From IMG/VR virus record IMGVR_UViG_3300009488_000019, positions 5,128 through 69,127 of that record: 64,000 nucleotides of DNA. One strand, given 5' to 3'. The notes under the pieces were generated by a model. That model worked only from the letters and a program-made list of their open reading frames with translations. It was not told the DNA's origin and searched no databases. The position numbers and the translations under genes are program-made. Source of the stretch: a virus. Every line of letters begins with the position of its first letter. Positions within the stretch are counted from its first letter, which is position 1. Shown here piece after piece: positions 29,164 to 39,952 of this stretch.

Positions 29164-32100
29164 TTATCCTCCTGCTGCTAAGTATTTATCTATAGCTTTT
29201 TTGAGCAACGCTTTCCGTTTAATTAACAGAGCGTCAATCTCTTTGTTTTTTTGATCCCTTGATTTACCACTGCGGAGAATTAGATTCTCTTGAGTCTTAA
29301 ATCGCTTCAACCGTTTCCTGTAATTTAGCATTGACTTCCGCTGGCGCAACAGGTCACGCTTCTCAACTCTATACTCTCGTGCTTCGTCCCTACGACCTTC
29401 CTTCTTTAATAGATTCAAGGTACGATGGGCTTTCTCACCTTCAAGGAGCATGTCATAAAACTTCTCCTCGTATCGGCTACGTCTGGCTGGCCGGTCAAAT
29501 CTAACAAAACGTGAAAGACCGGAAACATAGCCAAGCGTGTCATATAGGAACGGGTCTTCTGGTGCTGACGTTGCGGCTTTGAATGCAATATCTACCCCAG
29601 AAAACGTTAGCGCTGACAGGTATGAGAAATAATCTGCAAAGAACTTCTCAATACGCAATGGCGACTGAGCTATCTCTGGCAGCCCAGCTAACTCTGCTAC
29701 CTTGCCAATACCCTTTGCTAACACTGATGTCCGTGGGCCAAACTGTTCGTCTGCATCCACTAACTCTTTGCCCCGTGGTACAATAGGTGCCCCTGTGAAG
29801 GAATCCCTATTTGCGTACTGATGAATCCACGGTTTCAAGAACTGCGGAATTGGATTGAATGCGAACATATCCATAAACGCAAACTTAGCGAAGTCCCAGA
29901 GGTTGCTGTCTCCAGCAAAGCGCTGGTTGAATAGTGACTTGAATAGTTCAACAGGCATCTTACCAGCCAATGTACCTATCTCAAATGGAGATGGGATACG
30001 TACGTGGCCAAGGCCCGGCACATCAAAGATATGGAAGTAATACCATTTCTCGTCATTGGTCAATTCCTTGTAACGGTCATCGTCTTCGTTCCAGAGATGG
30101 TTAAGCAGTGAAGCCATACCGATCGCTGCTGACGTGAGATAGAAATTAGCCAGATGCTTCTTTCCTTTCTTGGTGTTGGTTCCTTCTCGTCCCAGCTTGT
30201 AAAGTCCCTGTATACGTGCATTAAGGAACGGTACCATTGCAACGAAAAAGCGGGTGACTCCCCATTTACCACTCCGGTGAAAGTCCAGCAAGTCCTTCGC
30301 AGCATAACCAGCTTCCTGTGCGGTCTGTCCTTTCTTACGCTTCTTGGCATACAAACCTACACGGGCTGCGTTCTCAGACATCTCACCAAGTTTGTTATAC
30401 ATGTCAAGATACTTCAATGGATTGCCCCAGCCTCGCTTACCTTTCTTAGCTCGTTTGCGGAGCTTGGCAACACCACGTTCTGTCTGTGCCATGATATCCC
30501 TTTGATGATAGGCACCACTGAAAGCCCCACCTGTTGAGCGGAGTTCCTTCATTATCTCTGTATTCATACCAGCATGGTACATGCCTCTCATGGAATCAAT
30601 GATCGGGATAAATTCCTTTTCAAGAGTTGCGGTTGTGATTGAATCACGAAACCAGTTAGCCAGTTTGAAGGCCGGGTTCTGCGTGACAGCGTATGTCAAC
30701 CAACGTTTCGGAGCGTTGACTATCCGTGAGAACGTACCATTACTGATATCATCCAGATGCATGATTGCATTAAATGTCAGCTTGTCCTCAACCTGCCAGA
30801 ACTGATCCTTACCTCTGACCTTAATTTGAACGATACCCTTTCCGAAAGTACGATCGGTGCGCTCAGCCAAATCAAACTTCTTAAGGAGCTTAAGCGCTTT
30901 GACCCGTGCAACGTTACGCAGGGCATTATGGATGCTGGACGAATACGCATTCAGAAGGTTTGACATAGGATCACCCACGTTCTTACGTGAGCCTTTGAGC
31001 CTTTTCATACCTCTAATCTTTGCGCCGGTTGCGCCCGGATGAAGCATTTTAATATCACCGTCAAGGAAGTCGGTCATGGTTCTAAAGAACGGCATGTAGT
31101 TTTCCCGCTCCCAAGTCGATCTGGTTTCACCATCAATGATACTGGCGCTCTCCAGAATGTCCAGTACGGATTGGTTGTATTCCTTGAGCCGTGTCTCAGA
31201 GTCGTTCCATAGCTGCTTATTCGCAGCGTACAACTCTTTGGTAGACTCCAGAATAGTGTCAATCATTTCTTGATCATCAATAAGCTCACCGGCCTCATTG
31301 TTTCCAAACAACTGCGAACGACCTTTGTTCAGCATTTCCTGCGCCGACTTGGCTTGCTGCCAGAGTAGAAATAGCTCAGCATCATCACCAAGATTCTCAA
31401 ACACTTTAAGCAGACCACCTTTGCTTGAGTCCTCCCGGTTATATTGCACCCAATTGTTTTTCCAGATAAGGCGACCGTCTTCTAAGAATGATCTAAAGAT
31501 AGATTCAAAGTTTGACAGCATGTTCAAATCCATATAAGCGTCCTCACCGATAACAAGCTCACCAGCTTTTTGTTGGAGCTTACCTATTTTATAAAGCGGA
31601 TCGGCCAGACCGGTTCCGATATGATCCATCAGCGTCTCAAGAAACTTTCGAATCTTATCTCTGAATGGAGTCGGCTTGATCCCAATCTGTTGTATCAATT
31701 TCCACTGGTCAGGGGTTACCCGATCACGTAAATCCTTACGAGAAAACCGTTGTGACCGTTCCTCAGCGGAAACGGATAAATCTGGTGGTGTACGGCCCAA
31801 ATCGACCTCGTCAGAGGCCACAGGTTGGACGATCGTACCCTCACCTATAGCAGTATCAGCCGTTTTAACGACAGTTGCAAGAGCGACCTCTGGGGAGGCC
31901 TCAATGAAGTTACCTTTTTTAGCCGCATTTGGGAAGATAGCTTGGACTTCATCCAGATAATCAGCGGTCTTCATGTTGTTTTGAAAGCCCTTGGTCGTCT
32001 CTTTTCCCAGACCAGACCCGTCACCTTCATAAATTCCAAAGATAGCTCGACCATTCGGCTTGACAATGTCGGCTGCCTGTTGGATCACCCGCTGGCGAAT

Positions 32101-35100
32101 GTCAGGTTGCGCAATAACGTTCAAAACATTTGCGGCTGTGACCGTGTCGGCCCCGCCTTCGTAATCTGTCAGATTCAAGACTTCATCATTATGCTCTGCT
32201 GTCCGGTTGAACGGATCGTATACCCGGTGGATCACATCTGACTTTCTCAGATGGTCAGTCACGTTATCAAATTTACCACCACCAATATCGAAGACCGTTT
32301 CACCGGCTCCGAAGTTATACTTGGAAAATAACGTGGGCATTTTATCCTTGTTTATGGACGTGTCTGCACTGGAGATATCCTGCGCAGCTTTCTCCCAGAG
32401 CGCCGGGTTGATCTTTAGGCGCTGAGCCTGTTTCGATTTTTCACCGACTACAATATTTGGAATGGTTAGTTTGCCATTACCAGCGCCACAATTTGCCTGA
32501 CACTGAGTATCCAGTTTACCATTAAAACATTTTGCTTCGTTCAAGCAGCAGGTTCTATTTCTTAGATTAGGTTCCTTTGCGATAATCTCTTTCACCGCTG
32601 TGGACTTGTAAGACATCGACTCGTAACCCGGTGGCGTGTTGGCTTTGTCACCATGAAATAAAGTGATGATCCCAATCTTAGAATCCTTCCCTAACTCCAC
32701 AAAGTGCTTTGGATTTTTGGCAACAGTTCGGACGTGGACATTCGGATATTTCTTAGCCAGCCTGTGAGCTATGCCGTGATCCATCCCGGTGCCTTCACTG
32801 TCGATTGAGACATTAATGGTAATGCCTGTATGTGCAAAGTCCTCAACGAACTCTGGCCGTTTTGTGATAGCCTTTATAGATAGGCCACGGAGTTTAGCTT
32901 GTTCGAGAAGTAGCTCAATCTGTACCCGGTGAGCCGACTTGATATAATCGGAGAAGCTGAACATACGCAGACCACCACGTTGATTGGCCTCAGCGACCAT
33001 AGCCTCTGAGAATACGTACTCGCCTTTGTTCTTACCCTTCGTGTGCCTTTTAAGAAGGTAGTCCGTATACGGAATGGCCGTGATCATGGTCTTGACCTTT
33101 TCGTAGTCTACCCGGCTTTTGGCTGCACCTTCATTATGCAGAATGACAGCGTTCCGTCTATTCTGTTCCACGTAGCAATATGAGCAGGGCACGTCAAGGC
33201 CTTCCTTCCGGGCCTGATCCATTAGGTTAATCCAGACAGATTGCTCTGTCAAATCCTTAAGCTCAACCTGACCTTGCTCGAACTGATTATGTAACCAGCC
33301 AGCAAACGCCTCAGTCTTCGGACAGATGTTGCCCGGATCATAACTGAAATGCGTTTTGTTATTTTTGGAGAAGCCCTGATTGGCTAAGTCTGCACCAGTG
33401 GGATCAACACCAAACAGATACCTGTCCCTGATATTCTTATCAGAGTAGAAATACTTATCGCTGACGATGTCCCTTTCACCAGTAGCAATATCCTCAAACA
33501 TAGATTGAACCTCAGTCTGCTCTGTCTTATATCCCTTGAAGCGGAGATAGATGGCTTTCATGACGTTCTTAATCTTGTTAAAGGCCTTGGTGAGATTCGA
33601 TGTTGGCGCACTCTTGCGGCCAAGGTTCCATTCAGCAAAGCTCTTTGCGAACCAGCGTTGCCAATCGGTAGGTTCCTTAACTTCCTTCGGTTTGGTTTTC
33701 AACCATTCATTGTATAACTGTTTGGCCTCGCCACGTTTCAGCAAACGTCTGGCAGCGAAGTATCCAAACTCCTCAAGGAAATGGCCAGCGTCACCATCCT
33801 TATATAAGGTAACGATCGTCTTGGCATCTTGTTTAAGATCACCCATCTTCTCAAGGCGCACCGATGCGGTACCGGCCTCATCGGAGGTCAGTACTTCAAA
33901 GTGTTCCCGGTATGCTTCGGGCATAGAGTCCAACATGGCCTGAGCGTAATTGAGAGCGTCCTCATTGGCCCCTGCCTTTTTCAGCCGTTGGATATCATCG
34001 GAGAATGTAACCTCCCCACCCTTCGCAAGCTGCTGCCGTCTGACAGACTTCTGCATGGTCTTGACAATACCGTCAAGCTGCACATCAGTCATGTTCGGAT
34101 TGAAACCCAGAGCCTTAGCTAACCGGCGCAGGAATCCCCGGACACGCATCTTGATAGGCGTACCCCGTTTCTTTTCAAACAGGTTAACCAGTACCTCTTC
34201 AGCGGCCAGTTCATCCGTTGCATAACCACCATCCCTAAAGGACTTGACCTCTGTGGGATATCTGGCTTTGATCATATCAGTGATCTGTTTAAAGTCAGCG
34301 CTCAGCTTACCAGCGGCTGCCAGATTCTGAAATGTATTATGCCCGGACTCGTGCCATAGAGTATCCAGCGCCTCTACAAAGTCTGTGTGCGCACCCGCAA
34401 TAATATAGGTTGTATTATCAGTGGGTGACCAGAATCCTTGTATAGCGCCTGAGCGTACCTCTGCGGTTTGTTCGGCTTTAGGCAAATCGCTTATCTGCTC
34501 GACAACGGTAACTTTACCAAGATTCAGCTTTTCCTTTTCCTTAATGCGTGCTTCGATCTTGGTCTTCAATTTTTTGGGGGCTTCGGCTTTATCCGTTAAC
34601 GGTTTAACGGGAACTCGCTTCTGACGTTGGCCGGGTAAATCAGCCGATTTGGTAACCCCGTATTTTGTTGTGGCCGCCTCGCTTGTGAGAAACCCATCAC
34701 CCTGACTGATAAACCCGCTGGTTGCTTTCTTCAATGCAATGGCTTCATTCTGCGCCAGCGTTAGGTCAGCCGTATTGATGATATCAAAATGAGACGATCC
34801 TTCCAGAACCGTACCATCAGGGAATTTGATAGCGGCCTTTAAGTCCTTCGGTGGGGCTTGAACTTTAGGAGCCTTCGGTGGGATACGCCTTTCAGCATCC
34901 CGCTTTGCTATCTGAATTTTGGTTAGACCAAGCTGCTTCTCTCTGGCTCTGGCTCTCGCACCTTTAAACCGCATCATCCGTTGTGGCTCTGGTTTCTTCT
35001 CTGCTGGTTTCTTAGCGGCTGGCTCCTCAACTTCATCAAACTCTGTGAACAGGTCACCAGTGGCTTCCTTAGAGACAGGCTCAAGGGTAGGGGCACCTTC

Positions 35101-36948
35101 CTTTTTTGCCGCTACTTCGGTTTTCTTGGCCTCTGTCTCTTCGGCTTCTTGGGCTTCCTTTATCTGTAGCTCTTGGAACTTCCGATTTTCGTCAGCATAT
35201 TTCTTGCCCTCTTCGGCTTGCTCCAAAGCACCAACACGATCCCGCACACGCTCAGCTAATGCATCGGCTGTAATCTGATACTCATAAGGTTTCTCTTTCA
35301 AGTCCTTATCATTTTTTAGATCATACTCAAGACTCTTCAGCTTTTTGATACTATCCTCTTCCGTGACCAATGCTTTCCGGGCATCGTTAATCGGTTTAGC
35401 ATCCAGCCTTCCAGACTCTTCAAATAGACCCTCAGTGGTTGATACCTTCTCAACGTACTGTGAGCGCTGTTGTGATCGGGCGACTCTTTGATCTTGCTCG
35501 AACTGTGCCGCTGCCTTTTGCTCCTGCTCAAGACGTGCCTCTTCCTTTGCGGCCACTGCTGCGGCCCTTTGGTTATTGATCTCTTTGACAGCAGCCAGAC
35601 GCTCTTGCTGTGTCTCTTCTGTTCTAATAGAAGTGGATCGTTCCTGATTGGAAGTATCTGTTGAGAGTTGCGTCCCTGACTCGACTTTGGTTATTACATC
35701 ATCATCGTCCACAAGTTCAGTTTCAGCTTCTGGATCAAAATCCTTTTTCTCAATCAGTGGATTCTTTGCCATAGCCAGTTGCTCAGGCGAAGGCTCCAGA
35801 ATATTCTTAACGGCTTTGACAGTCTGACCAGCAATCTGACCGGGAGCTTTAATAACGGCTGCCGCACCACCGGGGATAAGTCCACCGGCTGCACCAACTG
35901 AAAAACTCTCCCAACGTTTGGCCCATTGTTCACTGGACTTCAAACGTTCCACAATCTCCGTCATGGAGTCCTCTGCGTTTGCCTCTGGCATTTCAGCCAT
36001 AACATCAGCAACTACTTCCCACTCACCCTGTGCCAACTCTTCAATACCTTCTGCTGCCATATTCTGTAGGATCGCTCCACCCTTTTTTTGTATGATTGCA
36101 GGGATAGCCATTTTGGTTGCGGCTGTGGAGAAGACAGTCTTAAAGGCTTTGATACCGATTATGTTACCAGCTACCTCCAGCGCTGCGGCTGGCAATGAAT
36201 ATAGTCTGGCGGCTGCATCAGCGTCCGAAGCCTTGATACCTTCCTTCCGGTAATCAGTAAACTTCTGGCCATGCATCTGTACTGCACCAACAGCTAAACC
36301 CAGAACTGGATTTACAATGGTAGCAGCCATGATAGGCGCAGAACGGGTGAGTCCTTTTAGCGCCTTCTCGAAAAGGTTTGCTACTGGATTGGTGTATATA
36401 TCAGTTGCTTCTGTATCAGGGTATTGTTCGGATAGGTCGGTATAGTAATCCCTGAGCTTTTGGGAATGCTCTTGAGCAATGGCAATCCGATACGCATCTT
36501 TAATATGCTTCGGCGTTTCCATGCCCGTGCGTTCCTTATACTCATTCAGGAACCTACCATAGCGTTTACGTAGCGCTATGTTTCCCATAGGACTATCGGG
36601 GTCAATATTTAGGGGATCATTGGCCAACCGGACTTGAGGGTCTTCCTTCTCGTCCTGAAAGGTCTTCATCATATCATGTACGTCACGAGCCTCTTCTATA
36701 CCGGCCCGGCTACGCATGAAGTCTCCCACGGAGCCAACGACTTCTGCTTTAAGTTGTTTGCCAAGCTCTTTTGCTTTAGCAATCTGACCAACTGGTTTTG
36801 GTGCGTCCATCTGGTGATCACCCTCCTGCACTGCTGGCATTTGGGTTGCCTCTTCCGTTTCCTTGAAAGGATCAAAATCTATACGGACAAGATTCTCATC
36901 ATCCTCTTCTTCTGAAAACGGGTCGTATTCAATTCGTTCTAATGTCAT
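29164..36948 (-). CDS. giant polyvalent internal virion/ejection protein (LPD38-like C-terminus, MTase, HExxH)
   Basis: 2594 aa; HESGH, DIGGGKFD/ANVLNVI methyltransferase motifs, IPSPFEIG and N.DSFTG.PIVP LPD38-like motifs; last gene of the virion module. Confidence 0.75.
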   Translation of the reverse strand: MTLERIEYDPFSEEEDDENLVRIDFDPFKETEEATQMPAVQEGDHQMDAPKPVGQIAKAKELGKQLKAEVVGSVGDFMRSRAGIEEARDVHDMMKTFQDEKEDPQVRLANDPLNIDPDSPMGNIALRKRYGRFLNEYKERTGMETPKHIKDAYRIAIAQEHSQKLRDYYTDLSEQYPDTEATDIYTNPVANLFEKALKGLTRSAPIMAATIVNPVLGLAVGAVQMHGQKFTDYRKEGIKASDADAAARLYSLPAAALEVAGNIIGIKAFKTVFSTAATKMAIPAIIQKKGGAILQNMAAEGIEELAQGEWEVVADVMAEMPEANAEDSMTEIVERLKSSEQWAKRWESFSVGAAGGLIPGGAAAVIKAPGQIAGQTVKAVKNILEPSPEQLAMAKNPLIEKKDFDPEAETELVDDDDVITKVESGTQLSTDTSNQERSTSIRTEETQQERLAAVKEINNQRAAAVAAKEEARLEQEQKAAAQFEQDQRVARSQQRSQYVEKVSTTEGLFEESGRLDAKPINDARKALVTEEDSIKKLKSLEYDLKNDKDLKEKPYEYQITADALAERVRDRVGALEQAEEGKKYADENRKFQELQIKEAQEAEETEAKKTEVAAKKEGAPTLEPVSKEATGDLFTEFDEVEEPAAKKPAEKKPEPQRMMRFKGARARAREKQLGLTKIQIAKRDAERRIPPKAPKVQAPPKDLKAAIKFPDGTVLEGSSHFDIINTADLTLAQNEAIALKKATSGFISQGDGFLTSEAATTKYGVTKSADLPGQRQKRVPVKPLTDKAEAPKKLKTKIEARIKEKEKLNLGKVTVVEQISDLPKAEQTAEVRSGAIQGFWSPTDNTTYIIAGAHTDFVEALDTLWHESGHNTFQNLAAAGKLSADFKQITDMIKARYPTEVKSFRDGGYATDELAAEEVLVNLFEKKRGTPIKMRVRGFLRRLAKALGFNPNMTDVQLDGIVKTMQKSVRRQQLAKGGEVTFSDDIQRLKKAGANEDALNYAQAMLDSMPEAYREHFEVLTSDEAGTASVRLEKMGDLKQDAKTIVTLYKDGDAGHFLEEFGYFAARRLLKRGEAKQLYNEWLKTKPKEVKEPTDWQRWFAKSFAEWNLGRKSAPTSNLTKAFNKIKNVMKAIYLRFKGYKTEQTEVQSMFEDIATGERDIVSDKYFYSDKNIRDRYLFGVDPTGADLANQGFSKNNKTHFSYDPGNICPKTEAFAGWLHNQFEQGQVELKDLTEQSVWINLMDQARKEGLDVPCSYCYVEQNRRNAVILHNEGAAKSRVDYEKVKTMITAIPYTDYLLKRHTKGKNKGEYVFSEAMVAEANQRGGLRMFSFSDYIKSAHRVQIELLLEQAKLRGLSIKAITKRPEFVEDFAHTGITINVSIDSEGTGMDHGIAHRLAKKYPNVHVRTVAKNPKHFVELGKDSKIGIITLFHGDKANTPPGYESMSYKSTAVKEIIAKEPNLRNRTCCLNEAKCFNGKLDTQCQANCGAGNGKLTIPNIVVGEKSKQAQRLKINPALWEKAAQDISSADTSINKDKMPTLFSKYNFGAGETVFDIGGGKFDNVTDHLRKSDVIHRVYDPFNRTAEHNDEVLNLTDYEGGADTVTAANVLNVIAQPDIRQRVIQQAADIVKPNGRAIFGIYEGDGSGLGKETTKGFQNNMKTADYLDEVQAIFPNAAKKGNFIEASPEVALATVVKTADTAIGEGTIVQPVASDEVDLGRTPPDLSVSAEERSQRFSRKDLRDRVTPDQWKLIQQIGIKPTPFRDKIRKFLETLMDHIGTGLADPLYKIGKLQQKAGELVIGEDAYMDLNMLSNFESIFRSFLEDGRLIWKNNWVQYNREDSSKGGLLKVFENLGDDAELFLLWQQAKSAQEMLNKGRSQLFGNNEAGELIDDQEMIDTILESTKELYAANKQLWNDSETRLKEYNQSVLDILESASIIDGETRSTWERENYMPFFRTMTDFLDGDIKMLHPGATGAKIRGMKRLKGSRKNVGDPMSNLLNAYSSSIHNALRNVARVKALKLLKKFDLAERTDRTFGKGIVQIKVRGKDQFWQVEDKLTFNAIMHLDDISNGTFSRIVNAPKRWLTYAVTQNPAFKLANWFRDSITTATLEKEFIPIIDSMRGMYHAGMNTEIMKELRSTGGAFSGAYHQRDIMAQTERGVAKLRKRAKKGKRGWGNPLKYLDMYNKLGEMSENAARVGLYAKKRKKGQTAQEAGYAAKDLLDFHRSGKWGVTRFFVAMVPFLNARIQGLYKLGREGTNTKKGKKHLANFYLTSAAIGMASLLNHLWNEDDDRYKELTNDEKWYYFHIFDVPGLGHVRIPSPFEIGTLAGKMPVELFKSLFNQRFAGDSNLWDFAKFAFMDMFAFNPIPQFLKPWIHQYANRDSFTGAPIVPRGKELVDADEQFGPRTSVLAKGIGKVAELAGLPEIAQSPLRIEKFFADYFSYLSALTFSGVDIAFKAATSAPEDPFLYDTLGYVSGLSRFVRFDRPARRSRYEEKFYDMLLEGEKAHRTLNLLKKEGRRDEAREYRVEKRDLLRQRKSMLNYRKRLKRFKTQENLILRSGKSRDQKNKEIDALLIKRKALLKKAIDKYLAAGG

Positions 36949-36965
36949 TACGACTCCTCTTTAGG

Positions 36966-38381
36966 TTAGGGTTTTACTCTAAAATAATCTCCATCCTTTT
37001 TGACATACCATTTTCCATCAGGCGCTTGTTTTGCGTCTGGGTAGTCTTTGGGTGGCGTACCGGTTTTAGTCTTTGCTGCTGTACCAATTTTAGTTTTTGC
37101 TGCTGATTCGGCTGCATCAACATCTCCACCGCTACCCTGAAAACCAATGGTCTTCGGCTTTTGCTTTGGGATGGAAGTTGTAACGGCCTTCATGAAAGCA
37201 TCGTACTCTGGTGTGTTAGGCTCTAAGAATAATTGGTCAGTCGCAATCTTCTGAGCGGCCAATAGGTTCTTAGCGTTCTTGGCTTTCTGTACCATACGCA
37301 TAGCCTTATCCACATTACCGTCAAACGCTTTGATGGTTTCAGCAAGGTCTGCTGCCAGCTTACGCTCTGGTGACCAACCCTTCCGGGTTTCTGCTGAGCC
37401 AACCTTTCTGGCCTTTGCTGCTTCGGCTTTGACTTTACCAATGTCAGCCTCACCTTTGCGTTGACCAACACTTTTAAAACGTCCAGCAAGAAAAGCCTCT
37501 TCAGTGATAATACCCATGTCCTCACCGTTCGGCCCCCACATACGAATCTTTAAAGAGCGTTTACCATCTGCGCCTTCCAGCCATGCGGCCTGTACTTCCT
37601 CGCCTCTTGCGTTGGTATAGTATTTGGATTCCAAGATACCGTCTGCGTTTCGTTTCTTCCGGTCTTCAAAATCTTTGATGTACTGTTTAAAATAATTTTG
37701 TTGACCTTCCTCACCTTGGAAGTTAGACATCTTCGTAGTGAAGTCCTCAAACATTGCATCGGTTGAATCAAACTTCATTTCGATTTTACCACCATCAGCA
37801 GTTGTAACTGAGTACCCGGTTTTATCATCATTGAAGACAAGATCGGCACCATCATTATGCATCTCGTAACCTTTCTCAAGGTGACCAAGCATGGTACCAT
37901 AATCTTTAACTTCACCAGACATAGCTGCCACGGCACCCTGCCATTCCTTTTGAATACCAGCAAACTGCTCAGAAGCCTGTGCCTTGTGGAGCTTCATAGA
38001 ACCTTCTGTCAGTGTAACATCTTTGGCCATTTGACCAACCTGCCAATCACTGAAAGCTCTGGCCTTCTCTGGTGTAAAGTCTTGGAACGATGGTTTGTAC
38101 GGGATACCTGACTCTTGTGCAATGAGATTTTGCTTATCAAATTCATCTTGGTGACCTTTGATAACAATGTCCTCTCGTGCCTGATCAAGTTCTAATTGCG
38201 CCGCTTCGTTGGAAATACCTTTCCCTTCGATAGTGGCTTCATGCGTTTCCGCAGTTCTGGCTTCTTGTGCTGCTGCGGTCTGCTGATCTTTGAGTTGCCC
38301 CACGACACCAGCTATAGCGCCCAGCCCTCTATTAAAGCGGTCACCCGCACTTTCCCTTTGTGGTAATACGATTGCTGCCAT
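36966..38381 (-). CDS. internal virion protein
   Basis: Ala/Gln-rich helical protein in the ejectosome position. Confidence 0.55.
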   Translation of the reverse strand: MAAIVLPQRESAGDRFNRGLGAIAGVVGQLKDQQTAAAQEARTAETHEATIEGKGISNEAAQLELDQAREDIVIKGHQDEFDKQNLIAQESGIPYKPSFQDFTPEKARAFSDWQVGQMAKDVTLTEGSMKLHKAQASEQFAGIQKEWQGAVAAMSGEVKDYGTMLGHLEKGYEMHNDGADLVFNDDKTGYSVTTADGGKIEMKFDSTDAMFEDFTTKMSNFQGEEGQQNYFKQYIKDFEDRKKRNADGILESKYYTNARGEEVQAAWLEGADGKRSLKIRMWGPNGEDMGIITEEAFLAGRFKSVGQRKGEADIGKVKAEAAKARKVGSAETRKGWSPERKLAADLAETIKAFDGNVDKAMRMVQKAKNAKNLLAAQKIATDQLFLEPNTPEYDAFMKAVTTSIPKQKPKTIGFQGSGGDVDAAESAAKTKIGTAAKTKTGTPPKDYPDAKQAPDGKWYVKKDGDYFRVKP

Positions 38382-38396
38382 AATTATTTCCTCTCC

Positions 38397-38645
38397 TTAA
38401 GATAGTAGGTAGCCGCCTAATCCAACGGCTCCACCGATTACGGCACCCCAAGGGCCACCGATCATTGCACCGGTTGCGGCACCACCAGCAATGCCCTGTA
38501 GCGCACCACCAATGTCTTTGCCCTCTTCACCCGGTTTAATAATTCTGTCCTGTTTTGAAAATGATGCTGCCGCCTGACCCAATGCTTCTGTAGCCTTGGC
38601 AGCGTAACCACCACCTTGCGATCGTCCGATAAAGTTTGTTGCCAT
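38397..38645 (-). CDS. small Gly-zipper internal virion protein
   Basis: GGAATGAMIGGPWGAVIGGAVG; ATG 38645 after AAGGAG. Confidence 0.6.
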   Translation of the reverse strand: MATNFIGRSQGGGYAAKATEALGQAAASFSKQDRIIKPGEEGKDIGGALQGIAGGAATGAMIGGPWGAVIGGAVGLGGYLLS

Positions 38646-38658
38646 GATTGCTCTCTCC

Positions 38659-39342
38659 TTATATTGGCAGACCGGCTGCCTGTGTTTTCCGTGCGAAGTC
38701 CTCAGACTCAGCGCCTCTGCGGATTTGAGTTTCACCTAATGCAGTTGCCTTGGCTTTCTCCAAACCAACATTAGCGAAGGCTGCAATACCACGACCTGAG
38801 CCGGGATCAATACCAAAGCGGGATAGGTTACGTGTGGCAATCTCACCTTCTTTAGCGAAGGCCTGTTGCACTCCTGCTCTATGCTCTGACACCCTACCCT
38901 CTACATCGACTCCTGAGAGAGCCTCCTTATAGATGGATCGTATAACTCCACCACGTTCCTTTTGCGTAGCGAACCTATCTTTCTGGGCCTCAACTTCAAA
39001 CGGGATAAGCTCTGACTGTGCAGAAAACTGTTGCTGTGTAAGCTCTGCTTCTGAGATAACTGCTTCGGGATCGTACCCCTCACGCTGCGCACGTTCCGTT
39101 AACTCACCTGTTTTTTCATCATAAGGATTGTATGACACGCCATGCTTAAAGAAGTTGAACATCTCGTCAGCGATACCTTGCTGCTTCTCTGAGATAGCCA
39201 GCATGCCAGCGTTGTATTTCTTATCAACCTCTGGAGCAGACCCACCTTTACATAAGGCAATCGGGCCGGTGTAGTTGAAGCACTCAGTCTCAATGACTGA
39301 ACCTTTCTCCATGTCTATTACAATTTTGGTATAGACCTTCAT
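38659..39342 (-). CDS. internal virion/DNA transfer protein
   Basis: N-terminal Y.GPIALCKGGS leader seen in podovirus ejection proteins. Confidence 0.6.
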   Translation of the reverse strand: MKVYTKIVIDMEKGSVIETECFNYTGPIALCKGGSAPEVDKKYNAGMLAISEKQQGIADEMFNFFKHGVSYNPYDEKTGELTERAQREGYDPEAVISEAELTQQQFSAQSELIPFEVEAQKDRFATQKERGGVIRSIYKEALSGVDVEGRVSEHRAGVQQAFAKEGEIATRNLSRFGIDPGSGRGIAAFANVGLEKAKATALGETQIRRGAESEDFARKTQAAGLPI

Positions 39343-39884
39343 TCGTAATCCTCCATTGTGGTGTAAAGCATCATGCCCTCTACGGGCTTTTGGAGTGACT
39401 CACTCCATATAAGATTTGGGATTCGGCCTACAACGTTCAGGCCAACGTCCATTAAATACGTGATCGCAATCTCGTTGGTCGTGGGAAGCATGCCCATGAT
39501 CATCGGAAATTCCTTCAAACAAATCTTCATTGCTTCCTGACCGATCTCCACGTTTCGCCAGTGGTCGCCCCAATATTCGGGGAAGCTCATGAAGTGACAA
39601 TATGCGTGGGTAGCCTCTAATCTGTTCAGCCAGAAGTATCCCACTGTACCTGTTTCGGTTTTACCCAAACCCGTTTTATCCGTTAACGATATTTTGAAAA
39701 AGATTGTACGAAAATCGGTTACGTGATCAACGAACTCTCGTGCATTCGTTATGGTTCCATCGTCAAACATTAAACGGGTAACACCGGCACTTTCCGTACG
39801 TTGGTAAAGCCGGGCGATATCGCTATCCCTCATTGTGGGTACACCGTCAATCTTTTGATACAAAGTAAATTCTAATCCATCCAT
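39339..39884 (-). CDS. GNAT-like virion assembly protein
   Basis: CHF...YWG, N..A...L..VG pattern; position between tail and ejection genes. Confidence 0.6.
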   Translation of the reverse strand: MDGLEFTLYQKIDGVPTMRDSDIARLYQRTESAGVTRLMFDDGTITNAREFVDHVTDFRTIFFKISLTDKTGLGKTETGTVGYFWLNRLEATHAYCHFMSFPEYWGDHWRNVEIGQEAMKICLKEFPMIMGMLPTTNEIAITYLMDVGLNVVGRIPNLIWSESLQKPVEGMMLYTTMEDYE

Positions 39885-39952
39885 GTTGCCCCCTCCTAAT
39901 TTTGGTGGGGAGCCTATCGGCGCAACCCCCACCTGAATATTAAACTTGTTTA

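Noticed and set aside
29164-36948. N4-type virion RNA polymerase
   Set aside because: Despite the N4-like capsid and large size, I could not find single-subunit RNAP motifs; LPD38-like and MTase motifs are present instead
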